From: a virus
Virus genome (UHGV): UHGV-1522688
Length of the DNA: 49,863 bases
Direction: 5' to 3' (one strand)
Positions within the stretch are counted from its first letter, which is position 1. Each line of letters starts with the position of its first letter. The notes under the pieces were generated by a model, which did no database searches, was not told where the DNA came from, and worked only from the letters and a program-made list of their open reading frames with translations. This document shows, one piece after another, positions 1 through 7,454 of this stretch. Position numbers and translations under genes: made by a program.

Positions 1-151
1 ATTTAAATAATTCACTTTAAATTCAATCATATAATCACACAAATACATCCAGAATCCAAATTAAGGGCGCATTTAGGTACACATTAACCTACGCGCCCTC
101 TCTTTTAGTTACCACCTATACTTTCAGTCTGACATATGGCTGGAGGTTTTT

Positions 152-823
152 ATGTGTGGACGTTTTTCACAGTCAATGACGCGTGAAGACTATCTAGCCC
201 TTCTCGCTGAAGAAGTCGAACGAGACATTCCATATGGCCCTGAACCGATCGGACGTTTCAACGTTGCGCCCGGAACCAAAGTTCTGCTACTGAGCGAACG
301 TGATGAGAAACTCCATCTTGATCCAGTTATCTGGGGATACGCCCCCGGGTGGTGGGATAAACCACCACTAATTAATGCACGCTCTGAAACTGCGGCCACC
401 AGCAGAATGTTTAAACCACTCTGGCAGTATGGTCGTGCAATTTGCTTTGCTGATGGATGGTATGAATGGAAAAAGGAAGGTGACAAAAAGCAGCCCTACT
501 TCATTCATCGAGCCGATGGCCAGCCGATATTCATGGCGGCGATCGGCAGAACACCATTCGAACGTGGAGATGAAGCAGAAGGATTCCTGATAGTGACGGC
601 TGCTGCAGACAAAGGGCTGGTAGATATTCACGACAGGCGGCCGCTGGTTCTGTCACCAGAAGCCGCTCGCGAATGGATGAGGCAGGACATTGGAGGGAAA
701 GAAGCTACGGTAATTGCGGCTGACGGTTCCGTGCCGGCTGATAAATTTTCATGGCATGCTGTAATGCGTGCCGTCGGGAATGTTAAGAATCAAGGACCAG
801 AGTTAATAGAAACTATGCGTTGA
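152..823 (+). CDS. yedK: SOS response-associated peptidase YedK (SRAP family, abasic-site processing)
   Basis: 223 aa starting MCGRF (Cys2 nucleophile signature of SRAP/YedK); collinear with enterobacterial YedK as recalled. Confidence 0.9.
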   Translation: MCGRFSQSMTREDYLALLAEEVERDIPYGPEPIGRFNVAPGTKVLLLSERDEKLHLDPVIWGYAPGWWDKPPLINARSETAATSRMFKPLWQYGRAICFADGWYEWKKEGDKKQPYFIHRADGQPIFMAAIGRTPFERGDEAEGFLIVTAAADKGLVDIHDRRPLVLSPEAAREWMRQDIGGKEATVIAADGSVPADKFSWHAVMRAVGNVKNQGPELIETMR

Positions 824-1053
824 CGTACGAAGCGACAGAGAAAAACATCTGCTTTGAGCGAAAAGTGGCAGTTGAAGACAATCATGAACGATCTATGACT
901 CGATATTTACTTAATTCACTGTTATTCAAAGGGTTAAGTAAAAAAATATTATCTGTCACCTCAGTGCAATGCAATCTAAGGTTTCAAAGAACCCCCCTTT
1001 GAGTACACCGTAAGTTTTAAAATGTGAGGTAAGTTGATTTTACATATTTTCTA

Positions 1054-2124
1054 ATGCATTATCATACGTCCCTTAAAATAAATCATATTACTGAGAAAAA
1101 AATGTCCAACATTAATTTATTCGATGATGTAGTGCCTTTAGAAAAACAACATCCAATATATACAATGATGAAAGAAGAACGCTACAAACCGGAGAGAGAT
1201 GTAATTAATCAATGGGCAAAAGGATTTCAAGACCGAGACAATAAATTTGCTAAAGAATTTCAAACAAGTTTTGAACCTTGCCTATGGGAATTATATCTTT
1301 TTGCCTATCTGAAAGAATTAGGCTTAAGGAGCGACTTTTCATACGACGCTCCTGACTTCGTCGTCAATGATCCAGATTTTTGCATTGAGGCAACTATTGC
1401 ACTTCCAGCACAAGGAGACCTTGGGGCGCATGGTTTCAGTAAGGAAGATATGCCGAGAGATTTTAATAAATTTAATTCTGAAGCATCTATTCGACTTAGT
1501 AATAGCTTTATATCAAAGGTTAAAAAATTAAGATCGAGATATTCTCTACTTCCTCAATGTAAAGAAAAACCTTTTGTAATCGCCATAGCTTCATTCGACA
1601 GACCTTTTGCACACTTTGCAGCAGCTAGGCCCATACTTGCAACATTATATGGCCTATACCATGATGAAGAAGCAACCATTGAATCAGGGTCAAAGAGTAT
1701 AATTTCTTATAACGTCGATGCTGCAGTAAAAAAAGAAAATGTTAATATAGACATGGGGTTATTCTGCACACCTGAATATTCGGATGTAAGTGCTGTGATT
1801 TATAGTAGTTTAGCTACTTGGGGAAAAGTAAGAGCCCTTGCGGACAACCCTTCTGCTCTAACGATTTATACATCATTTACTCCAAAGGAAAACTCATTAT
1901 TTCCTGAAGTTCATCAAGCCTTAAAAAGTGATTATGTAGAACATCTAGCGGATGGGTTATATATTTTACACAACCCATTTGCCAAGCATCCATTGCCTAA
2001 AGAGACACTAAGTCATCCAAGAATAGCGCAAGGTTATATTGAGCCAGATGGATACGTTAATTTTATAGCGCCAGATGATTTTCTTTTATTGCGTTTTTTA
2101 CAATCGTTAAATTTGAAAGAGTAG
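1054..2124 (+). CDS. hypothetical protein, A+T-rich islet gene 1 (possible PD-(D/E)xK-like nuclease core)
   Basis: 356-aa ORF (alternative start at MSNINLFDD, about 1102); helix then 'DAPDFVVNDPDFCIEATIA' resembles a restriction-endonuclease-like strand motif; no family recognised. Confidence 0.5.
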   Translation: MHYHTSLKINHITEKKMSNINLFDDVVPLEKQHPIYTMMKEERYKPERDVINQWAKGFQDRDNKFAKEFQTSFEPCLWELYLFAYLKELGLRSDFSYDAPDFVVNDPDFCIEATIALPAQGDLGAHGFSKEDMPRDFNKFNSEASIRLSNSFISKVKKLRSRYSLLPQCKEKPFVIAIASFDRPFAHFAAARPILATLYGLYHDEEATIESGSKSIISYNVDAAVKKENVNIDMGLFCTPEYSDVSAVIYSSLATWGKVRALADNPSALTIYTSFTPKENSLFPEVHQALKSDYVEHLADGLYILHNPFAKHPLPKETLSHPRIAQGYIEPDGYVNFIAPDDFLLLRFLQSLNLKE

Positions 2125-2283
2125 TAATTATGGTCACATCTAATTACTTTACATAGATACCCACTAGAAAGGGGACTTTTCTTAAAACTCAGCCGTCAAA
2201 GATTTAGAGTGGTTATCTACTGGTATGCTTCCGAATCTGCCAGTGCGGCTGAGTGGATTTCTAGTACCCTCTAGAAGATTTAG

Positions 2284-3132
2284 TTGATTAAAACAGGTCA
2301 TGTATCATCTTCAGAGTCAACATATCGCCAACTGTCTATCATTCCATTGAGGAAAAGTATGTCATCAGAAAATTTTGTCACCTTCTGGCTCGCTAGAGCC
2401 GATCTTCCATACTTTCTTGAACCTCATGAATTTTACGTTTCGGAGGCCAAGCGTAGACTTCTATCGCAGTTTGGCGATTTAGAACAAGAAGCAGAAAGGA
2501 GGGAACAACAGTATTTGGAAGCTACCTCAAAATATTTCGATCCTGATAACGATGATCCAATGGCTGCCTACGAGCAAGCCTACCACGTGGGAATTAATTA
2601 TGTATGGTCGCTTCTGGAGATGCAAAATACCGTGTTGTTGGCATTAACGGCAGGAATGTACCACCAGTTTGATAAAAAACTAAGAGAACACACCATCAAA
2701 GAACTAAGTAACTGGTGCAAAAGAGAATTAATTACTCCCATGATCTGGAATATAACTTTCCATCAGCTTATTGATTTACTCGAATGGATTGGCCTCAAAA
2801 TCAATGGAACCGGATACGGAGAGAGGATCAAAGCCTGTAACTTGGTAGTAAACGTATACAAGCATGGGGACGGGCCTGCGCATCAAACACTATCATTCAA
2901 TCATCCTGAGTACTATCAACACCCTACCGATGTTCGAGGTACGCAGAACATACATGACCATGATGATTTACATGTATCAGAAGAGCAATTTGTAGAGTTT
3001 GCTGACGCAATAACTGAATTCTGGAAAGCAGTTCCAGAGAATTGCTATTACTCAGATCTCAAAGAAGAACCCAAATGGTTGAGTAAAGTCGTAACAAAAT
3101 TCGATAAAAAACAGAAGGGAAATAGGGACTAA
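2284..3132 (+). CDS. hypothetical protein, A+T-rich islet gene 2
   Basis: 282-aa ORF (alternative start MSSENF about 2359) directly downstream of gene 1 on same strand; no recognised family. Confidence 0.5.
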   Translation: MIKTGHVSSSESTYRQLSIIPLRKSMSSENFVTFWLARADLPYFLEPHEFYVSEAKRRLLSQFGDLEQEAERREQQYLEATSKYFDPDNDDPMAAYEQAYHVGINYVWSLLEMQNTVLLALTAGMYHQFDKKLREHTIKELSNWCKRELITPMIWNITFHQLIDLLEWIGLKINGTGYGERIKACNLVVNVYKHGDGPAHQTLSFNHPEYYQHPTDVRGTQNIHDHDDLHVSEEQFVEFADAITEFWKAVPENCYYSDLKEEPKWLSKVVTKFDKKQKGNRD

Positions 3133-3240
3133 TTACCCATCTCAAAACATCAAGTTTGCAGTGCCCTGCTCCCCGTTTATTAGTATGGAAGTTAACAATG
3201 TCTGCTTCTGACACATAACAGCCCTTAAGATGGTAACTCG

Positions 3241-3290
3241 CCGTCATGGGGTGTCGGGGGTCGGAGGTTCAAATCCTCTCGTGCCGACCA
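3241..3290 (+). other. partial tRNA-Pro (3' ~50 nt incl. T-arm, acceptor 3' strand and CCA); integration-site remnant
   Basis: 'ccgtcatggggtgtcgggggtcggaggttcaaatcctctcgtgccgacca' matches the 3' half of enterobacterial tRNA-Pro(CGG) as recalled; the 5' acceptor strand 'cggcacg' and D-arm are absent upstream. Confidence 0.7.
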
Positions 3291-3303
3291 AAAATCCTCG
3301 AAG

Positions 3304-3330
3304 AACCAGCCTGTTACGGCTGGTTTTTTT
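3304..3330 (+). terminator. rho-independent terminator following tRNA remnant
   Basis: 8-bp stem aaccagcc/ggctggtt with 6-nt loop followed by TTTTT. Confidence 0.55.
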
Positions 3331-3420
3331 ATGCCTGTTTTCTGAACGGGGAAGCAACGGGGAATAATTGGGGAAAAACCCCGACACAAAACATCGACTT
3401 TACCGTAAAGTTTCAGCTAT

Positions 3421-3810
3421 TCACATCACTGGGCAGTCATCAAACTCCGCGTTCCTGGCATCATTAATGATGTACGTGATAACACCAAATATTGCGTGTG
3501 AAGAATTATAGCCATCACCGTCTTCTGGCAGCACTTCTCTTCTCCCGTTCTCCAGATTTATCAGGTGGGGCTGAGGGTGAGTTCGGTATCGCTTGATCCT
3601 GAATTCCCCATCTATCGCGCATATCAGCAGCGAGCCATCACAGGCTGAAAGCGACGCGTCCACAACAAGTAGTGCCCCCTGGATTATCCCTTCCCTGAAA
3701 TGTGAACACGATGCCCGCATGAAATAAGTCGCTGCGGGCTGGCTGATTAGCTGTTGATCGAGGGAAATCCTTGTTTCAACGTAATCACTGGCAGGTGAAG
3801 GGAAGCCCAT
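3421..3810 (-). CDS. UmuD'-like protein, encoded without the N-terminal arm (begins at the position equivalent to UmuD Gly25)
   Basis: From internal ATG with GGAGG SD: MGFPSPASDYVETRISLDQQLISQPAATYF... aligns with E. coli UmuD residues 25 onward ([29 protein letters not shown]); C-terminal 'AIDGEFRIKRY...FGVITYII' matches UmuD fold; Lys of the Ser-Lys dyad retained, GDSM motif diverged to CSHF. Confidence 0.8.
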   Translation of the reverse strand: MGFPSPASDYVETRISLDQQLISQPAATYFMRASCSHFREGIIQGALLVVDASLSACDGSLLICAIDGEFRIKRYRTHPQPHLINLENGRREVLPEDGDGYNSSHAIFGVITYIINDARNAEFDDCPVM

Positions 3811-3812
3811 GG

Positions 3813-4055
3813 CTATAGTCCTCCGTTTGGATTGAAAAGCTGAAAGGTACGGTTCTCCCCTTCCTGCGTTGATACATCGCGGAATGATGTCACATACCAC
3901 TCGATCCATTCGTTAGCCTGCTTCATCGTCCAGTTCCAGTTAACCTTGCTCAGTTCCTGGACAAACCGCTGTGTGGTGACGGTCTTCCGGCCATTAGGTT
4001 CTTGCTGTATCGAAGCATGCCAGGCCATTTCAATATCGCTGCGTCGTGGCATCAA
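3813..4055 (-). CDS. hypothetical protein, upstream partner of UmuD'-like gene
   Basis: 80-aa ORF ending 2 nt before the UmuD'-like ATG; not UmuC-like. Confidence 0.45.
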   Translation of the reverse strand: MMPRRSDIEMAWHASIQQEPNGRKTVTTQRFVQELSKVNWNWTMKQANEWIEWYVTSFRDVSTQEGENRTFQLFNPNGGL

Positions 4056-4094
4056 TTAACCCCTCTTGAATACCGGATAAAAACACAGTATAAA

Positions 4095-4114
4095 TACTGT
4101 ATATCCATCCAGTA
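4095..4114. promoter_or_regulatory. putative LexA box (SOS operator) in divergent promoter region
   Basis: TACTGTATATCCATCCAGTA: CTGT-N8-CCAG, same variant half-site as the E. coli dinI box as recalled; sits 17 nt upstream of the dinI-like start. Confidence 0.55.
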
Positions 4115-4130
4115 AAGATGACTACAAGAA

Positions 4131-4373
4131 ATGTTCGTGGAACTCGTTTATGACAAAAGGAATTTTGATGGGCTGCCTGGTGCAAAAGATATCATTCTGG
4201 GCGAATTGACCAAGAGGGTTCACCGGATCTTCCCCGATGCTGATGTTCGGGTTAAACCGATGATGACACTGCCGGCGATCAACACTGACGCCAGCAAGCA
4301 TGAGAAGGAACAGATAAGCCGTACTGTTCAGGAAATGTTTGAAGAAGCTGATATGTGGCTGGTTTCAGATTAA
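4131..4373 (+). CDS. DinI-family protein (DNA damage-inducible protein I-like)
   Basis: 80 aa; C-terminal '...EQISRTVQEMFEEADMWLVSD' parallels DinI '...QRISEILQETWESADDWFVSE'. Confidence 0.7.
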   Translation: MFVELVYDKRNFDGLPGAKDIILGELTKRVHRIFPDADVRVKPMMTLPAINTDASKHEKEQISRTVQEMFEEADMWLVSD

Positions 4374-4501
4374 ACACCTTGAACCGTCATATTGCTTAAG
4401 TACAATCCGCCGTGACTGGCAATCATTCAATACTCGCACTATCGAACGTTCGCCAGTCGGCCGCAATCATGCTCTTGCATACGGCGTGGTTGCGGCAACC
4501 G

Positions 4502-6058
4502 TCAATTTTGCTGGCTACCTTTCAGCGTCTCAATCACATTCTTCAGGGAATTGAGTTCAGACATCTGTTCCTTCATCGCTCTGCCCATATAAACCATAGC
4601 GCATGCCATATCGGCCATAATGACATTATTATCAAGGGCAAGGGTATCGTCTTTGAGACCAACCTCAATCTGATGGTCAACATATTCGTTACCGGACTCA
4701 TCCACACCAACAACGTCCTCAAAAACAGGTCCACCAGGCACTATCTTTACGTACTGCGGATCAACTTTAGTCAGATCCTGGGCAATAAGGCCAAAACGCT
4801 GTGTATCCGACCCCTTATACTTAAACATGGTCGGTAACCACTGCATGACACGGTCGAAACTGTCTTTCCCGTCCCGATATTGGATATCTTCTTTTAGATC
4901 GCGGTCTGATGTCGCATTCTTGGCGAACACGTACGATCCCTGCCAGTTTGACCCGGATTCGTTCCATACGTCAGTAGTGATATCACCAGACTGAGGATTG
5001 AATCTGAACATCCTGTGATATCTGGCATCGCCCATAAAATGTAAGACGCCATGTGGCCAGCCATTGGCACCATTAGAAATGAGTCCCAGTGACAGACGAG
5101 TACTCCACCCACCCGATGCAGAAGAACCACCAGAAACGATTGGAGCCCAGCCACCATCATTTCCACCAACAATGGCGGACCAGTAAGGGGTGGTCCATGG
5201 ACCATCAACATCCCCCCAGCCACCCGATCCGCACTGTCCCCAGAAACCACGTGGTGATTGTATAACCCCACCATAACCAGAAAGAAAGTTGAAACGGTAT
5301 GTGTTCGCTCCTGCTCCAAAACTATTCGCGATTAGAGCAATGGCATCCAGATAATTACCCGCACCTCGTATCCCGCCAAACTGATAGAACGAATTCCCCA
5401 TCCACCCCTGCAGCTGGTTCATCATCCAGCCCAGTTCACCATCAACGTTATTCGACGTCAGTAAAATATCCTTCTTGACGCCAGCAGTGCTTTTGACGCC
5501 TGTACCCGACCCACCCGCCACCGAATTGACGCCACGGGTGCCAAGAACACTACCGAACGTAACATCCTGAGAGTTTCCCAAAGTGAGATTATCGCGGGCC
5601 GCATTTTTATCAGGCAGATCGGCCAGGGCCTGGCTTTTCAACAAAGCATTATTGATCTGATCAATAATGCTTTTCCATGATGGTCCTGTAAACTCCGTAT
5701 TGTCAGGAAGCCTGACAGTAATATTGCCGTTCGCAGAGAATAAAAGTTGCCAGTTCTGTTTGTCGTAATTCAGCCCCCGCAGCGCCTCCGTGTTCTGCAC
5801 CACCATTGCGGCAGTAACCATATTCAGCGCCACACGAGGAACAGCTGACCAGGCCGCGCCAGATTGGGTTGGCCCGGTGTAATTGCTGACCAGCGTCAAC
5901 GCTGTACCACTTTCCACGGACTTAACCGGAAGCGTATAGGGAACACCACCGACCGTAACAACAATAAAATCTCCGGCCGCCACCTCAGTGGTAAACGCGG
6001 TCCCGCTGCCAGCGACCGCAGCCGAGTTATTCATCAGGGTTAATGTTCCTGCTGACAT
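4502..6058 (-). CDS. side tail fiber protein with C-terminal intramolecular chaperone (peptidase S74-like) domain
   Basis: 518 aa; Gly/Ser-rich repeats; C-terminal 'SDRDLKEDIQY...RFGLIAQDL...' typical of auto-cleaving chaperone domain of phage fibers. Confidence 0.75.
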   Translation of the reverse strand: MSAGTLTLMNNSAAVAGSGTAFTTEVAAGDFIVVTVGGVPYTLPVKSVESGTALTLVSNYTGPTQSGAAWSAVPRVALNMVTAAMVVQNTEALRGLNYDKQNWQLLFSANGNITVRLPDNTEFTGPSWKSIIDQINNALLKSQALADLPDKNAARDNLTLGNSQDVTFGSVLGTRGVNSVAGGSGTGVKSTAGVKKDILLTSNNVDGELGWMMNQLQGWMGNSFYQFGGIRGAGNYLDAIALIANSFGAGANTYRFNFLSGYGGVIQSPRGFWGQCGSGGWGDVDGPWTTPYWSAIVGGNDGGWAPIVSGGSSASGGWSTRLSLGLISNGANGWPHGVLHFMGDARYHRMFRFNPQSGDITTDVWNESGSNWQGSYVFAKNATSDRDLKEDIQYRDGKDSFDRVMQWLPTMFKYKGSDTQRFGLIAQDLTKVDPQYVKIVPGGPVFEDVVGVDESGNEYVDHQIEVGLKDDTLALDNNVIMADMACAMVYMGRAMKEQMSELNSLKNVIETLKGSQQN

Positions 6059-6071
6059 GGATATCTCCTGA

Positions 6072-6100
6072 ATTAAGATAATAAAAAACCCGCCGGAGCG
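6072..6100. terminator. bidirectional rho-independent terminator
   Basis: stem aacccgc/gcgggtt with loop cgga, flanked by A-run on one side and T-run on the other. Confidence 0.5.
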
Positions 6101-6116
6101 GGTTATTTTTGGTATT

Positions 6117-6356
6117 TCATTGAGGGCAATTCGAACTGGTGAAATTATTTTTATTCACCCATCGCCAGTTAAAGGGATAACCGGCCCTGTACTCAGTCTG
6201 ATTAACAACTTTTTGCACACCGTAAATTTGCACTGACTGGGGCTGTCCACCAAGCACTAACTCAGCCTGACAAACCGGTTTCTGTTTCTCCAGAACAGGT
6301 CCTGAACAGGCTGAAAGCACCAGGCAGACAATAACTGGAATAATTATATTTTTCAT
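6117..6356 (-). CDS. small lipoprotein, possibly Cor-like superinfection-exclusion protein
   Basis: 79 aa; signal peptide with lipobox LSAC; located immediately after tail fiber genes, the usual cor position; function inferred from position only. Confidence 0.45.
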   Translation of the reverse strand: MKNIIIPVIVCLVLSACSGPVLEKQKPVCQAELVLGGQPQSVQIYGVQKVVNQTEYRAGYPFNWRWVNKNNFTSSNCPQ

Positions 6357-6464
6357 TTCGATACCAGAGTTAATTATTTAAACAAAAAATAACCAATGGC
6401 ATTGAATAATAAAAATAGTTTTAATAGATCAATATTCTAAAATTGATCGTTTAAATCGATCAGT

Positions 6465-7139
6465 TTAATCATATGCAGCTGTGTTTATCGCCGTTATCAC
6501 AATTCCACTATTTGTCGTACCGATTGAAGAGCCGCTTGCTGTTGTTGATGTAAGTCCTTTTATTCTCGTTCCCGCACCTTCATTGAAGCAACCTGTACCC
6601 ACATCCACAGACTGAATGATTGGCTGTCCACCAGGTGCCGAACCAGCATGAAGGAGAACAGATCCCAGCCCCATCGGATTTATGGCCCATTTGCCTGCCA
6701 TGTATGTATCAATGTTAAGCCCACCACTTACAGCACCTGGTGAACCAATAGTTGTAAGGTCGCTTAATACCCGGGACTCATTCGTAAGTACCAGTGTCCC
6801 TTCGGCATCCCATATAGCCACCCCCCAGGCAGGAAGCGTAAGCGGATATATGGCAAAAAAATAGGCCTCAAGGACAAAAGCCGATCCCCTGTAATTAGAC
6901 GCATTAACACTGAACGTATTGCCACTTTTTGAAGCTGATATCTTCGCCGGGGCGCTGGTTCGTGCAAATGCAATCCCTCCCTTCTGACCGTCGATAGTAA
7001 CAGACGCCGAAACACTGTTAAAATTCCCCCCAAAAGTTGAGTTTACAGTGACTTTCCGGTAAAGCGTCATTGGTGTGGAATCAGGCGTGATAAAAGGGTT
7101 CCCGTTAGGTAATGAAATCAATGCGCCATATTTAGCCAT
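6465..7139 (-). CDS. hypothetical phage protein (tail-associated by position)
   Basis: 224-aa ORF between J and tail fiber, contiguous with upstream ORF. Confidence 0.5.
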   Translation of the reverse strand: MAKYGALISLPNGNPFITPDSTPMTLYRKVTVNSTFGGNFNSVSASVTIDGQKGGIAFARTSAPAKISASKSGNTFSVNASNYRGSAFVLEAYFFAIYPLTLPAWGVAIWDAEGTLVLTNESRVLSDLTTIGSPGAVSGGLNIDTYMAGKWAINPMGLGSVLLHAGSAPGGQPIIQSVDVGTGCFNEGAGTRIKGLTSTTASGSSIGTTNSGIVITAINTAAYD

Positions 7140-7454
7140 CTACGCAGTCTCCGCAAAAACGATTAACTGCACTTTGACTGCCGGGTAATCATTAATCCCA
7201 TCACTACCTGAAGGCTGTATTGTTATGGTGTTTCCAGATGCAATAATATTTCTTTTATCTGTGTAACTTATTGTCCCTTTATCCTCCAGAGTACCAACCG
7301 CAAAACCGACCTTTAAACCGGGCTCGAGGTTGAACTGGTAGCTTCCCGTTTTCTGACCTAAAGCAAGATCGATGATTCCCACCACGGTTACAGGTTTAAT
7401 GCCATAGTTATTCGGGACACCGTTAGCGTCCCATGTCTGAATTCCCCATGTCAT
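7140..7454 (-). CDS. hypothetical phage protein (tail-associated by position)
   Basis: 104-aa ORF immediately downstream of J. Confidence 0.5.
   Translation of the reverse strand: MTWGIQTWDANGVPNNYGIKPVTVVGIIDLALGQKTGSYQFNLEPGLKVGFAVGTLEDKGTISYTDKRNIIASGNTITIQPSGSDGINDYPAVKVQLIVFAETA

Noticed and set aside
3241-3290. Intact tRNA-Pro gene
   Set aside because: The 5' acceptor strand and D-arm expected upstream are absent, so only a 3' fragment is present; not called as a functional tRNA
3246-3467. 73-aa plus-strand ORF from the track
   Set aside because: It overlaps the tRNA-Pro remnant and its terminator and reads through G/C-rich tRNA sequence; almost certainly non-coding
3811-3909. Longer 162-aa form of the UmuD-like ORF, which would be a full-length cleavable UmuD
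   Set aside because: The N-terminal extension overlaps the upstream ORF in another frame, has no similarity to the UmuD N-terminal arm, and the internal ATG has a strong Shine-Dalgarno
3813-4055. umuC partner for the UmuD'-like gene
   Set aside because: The 80-aa ORF shows no similarity to the UmuC N-terminus and lies upstream rather than downstream; no Y-family polymerase gene is in the window
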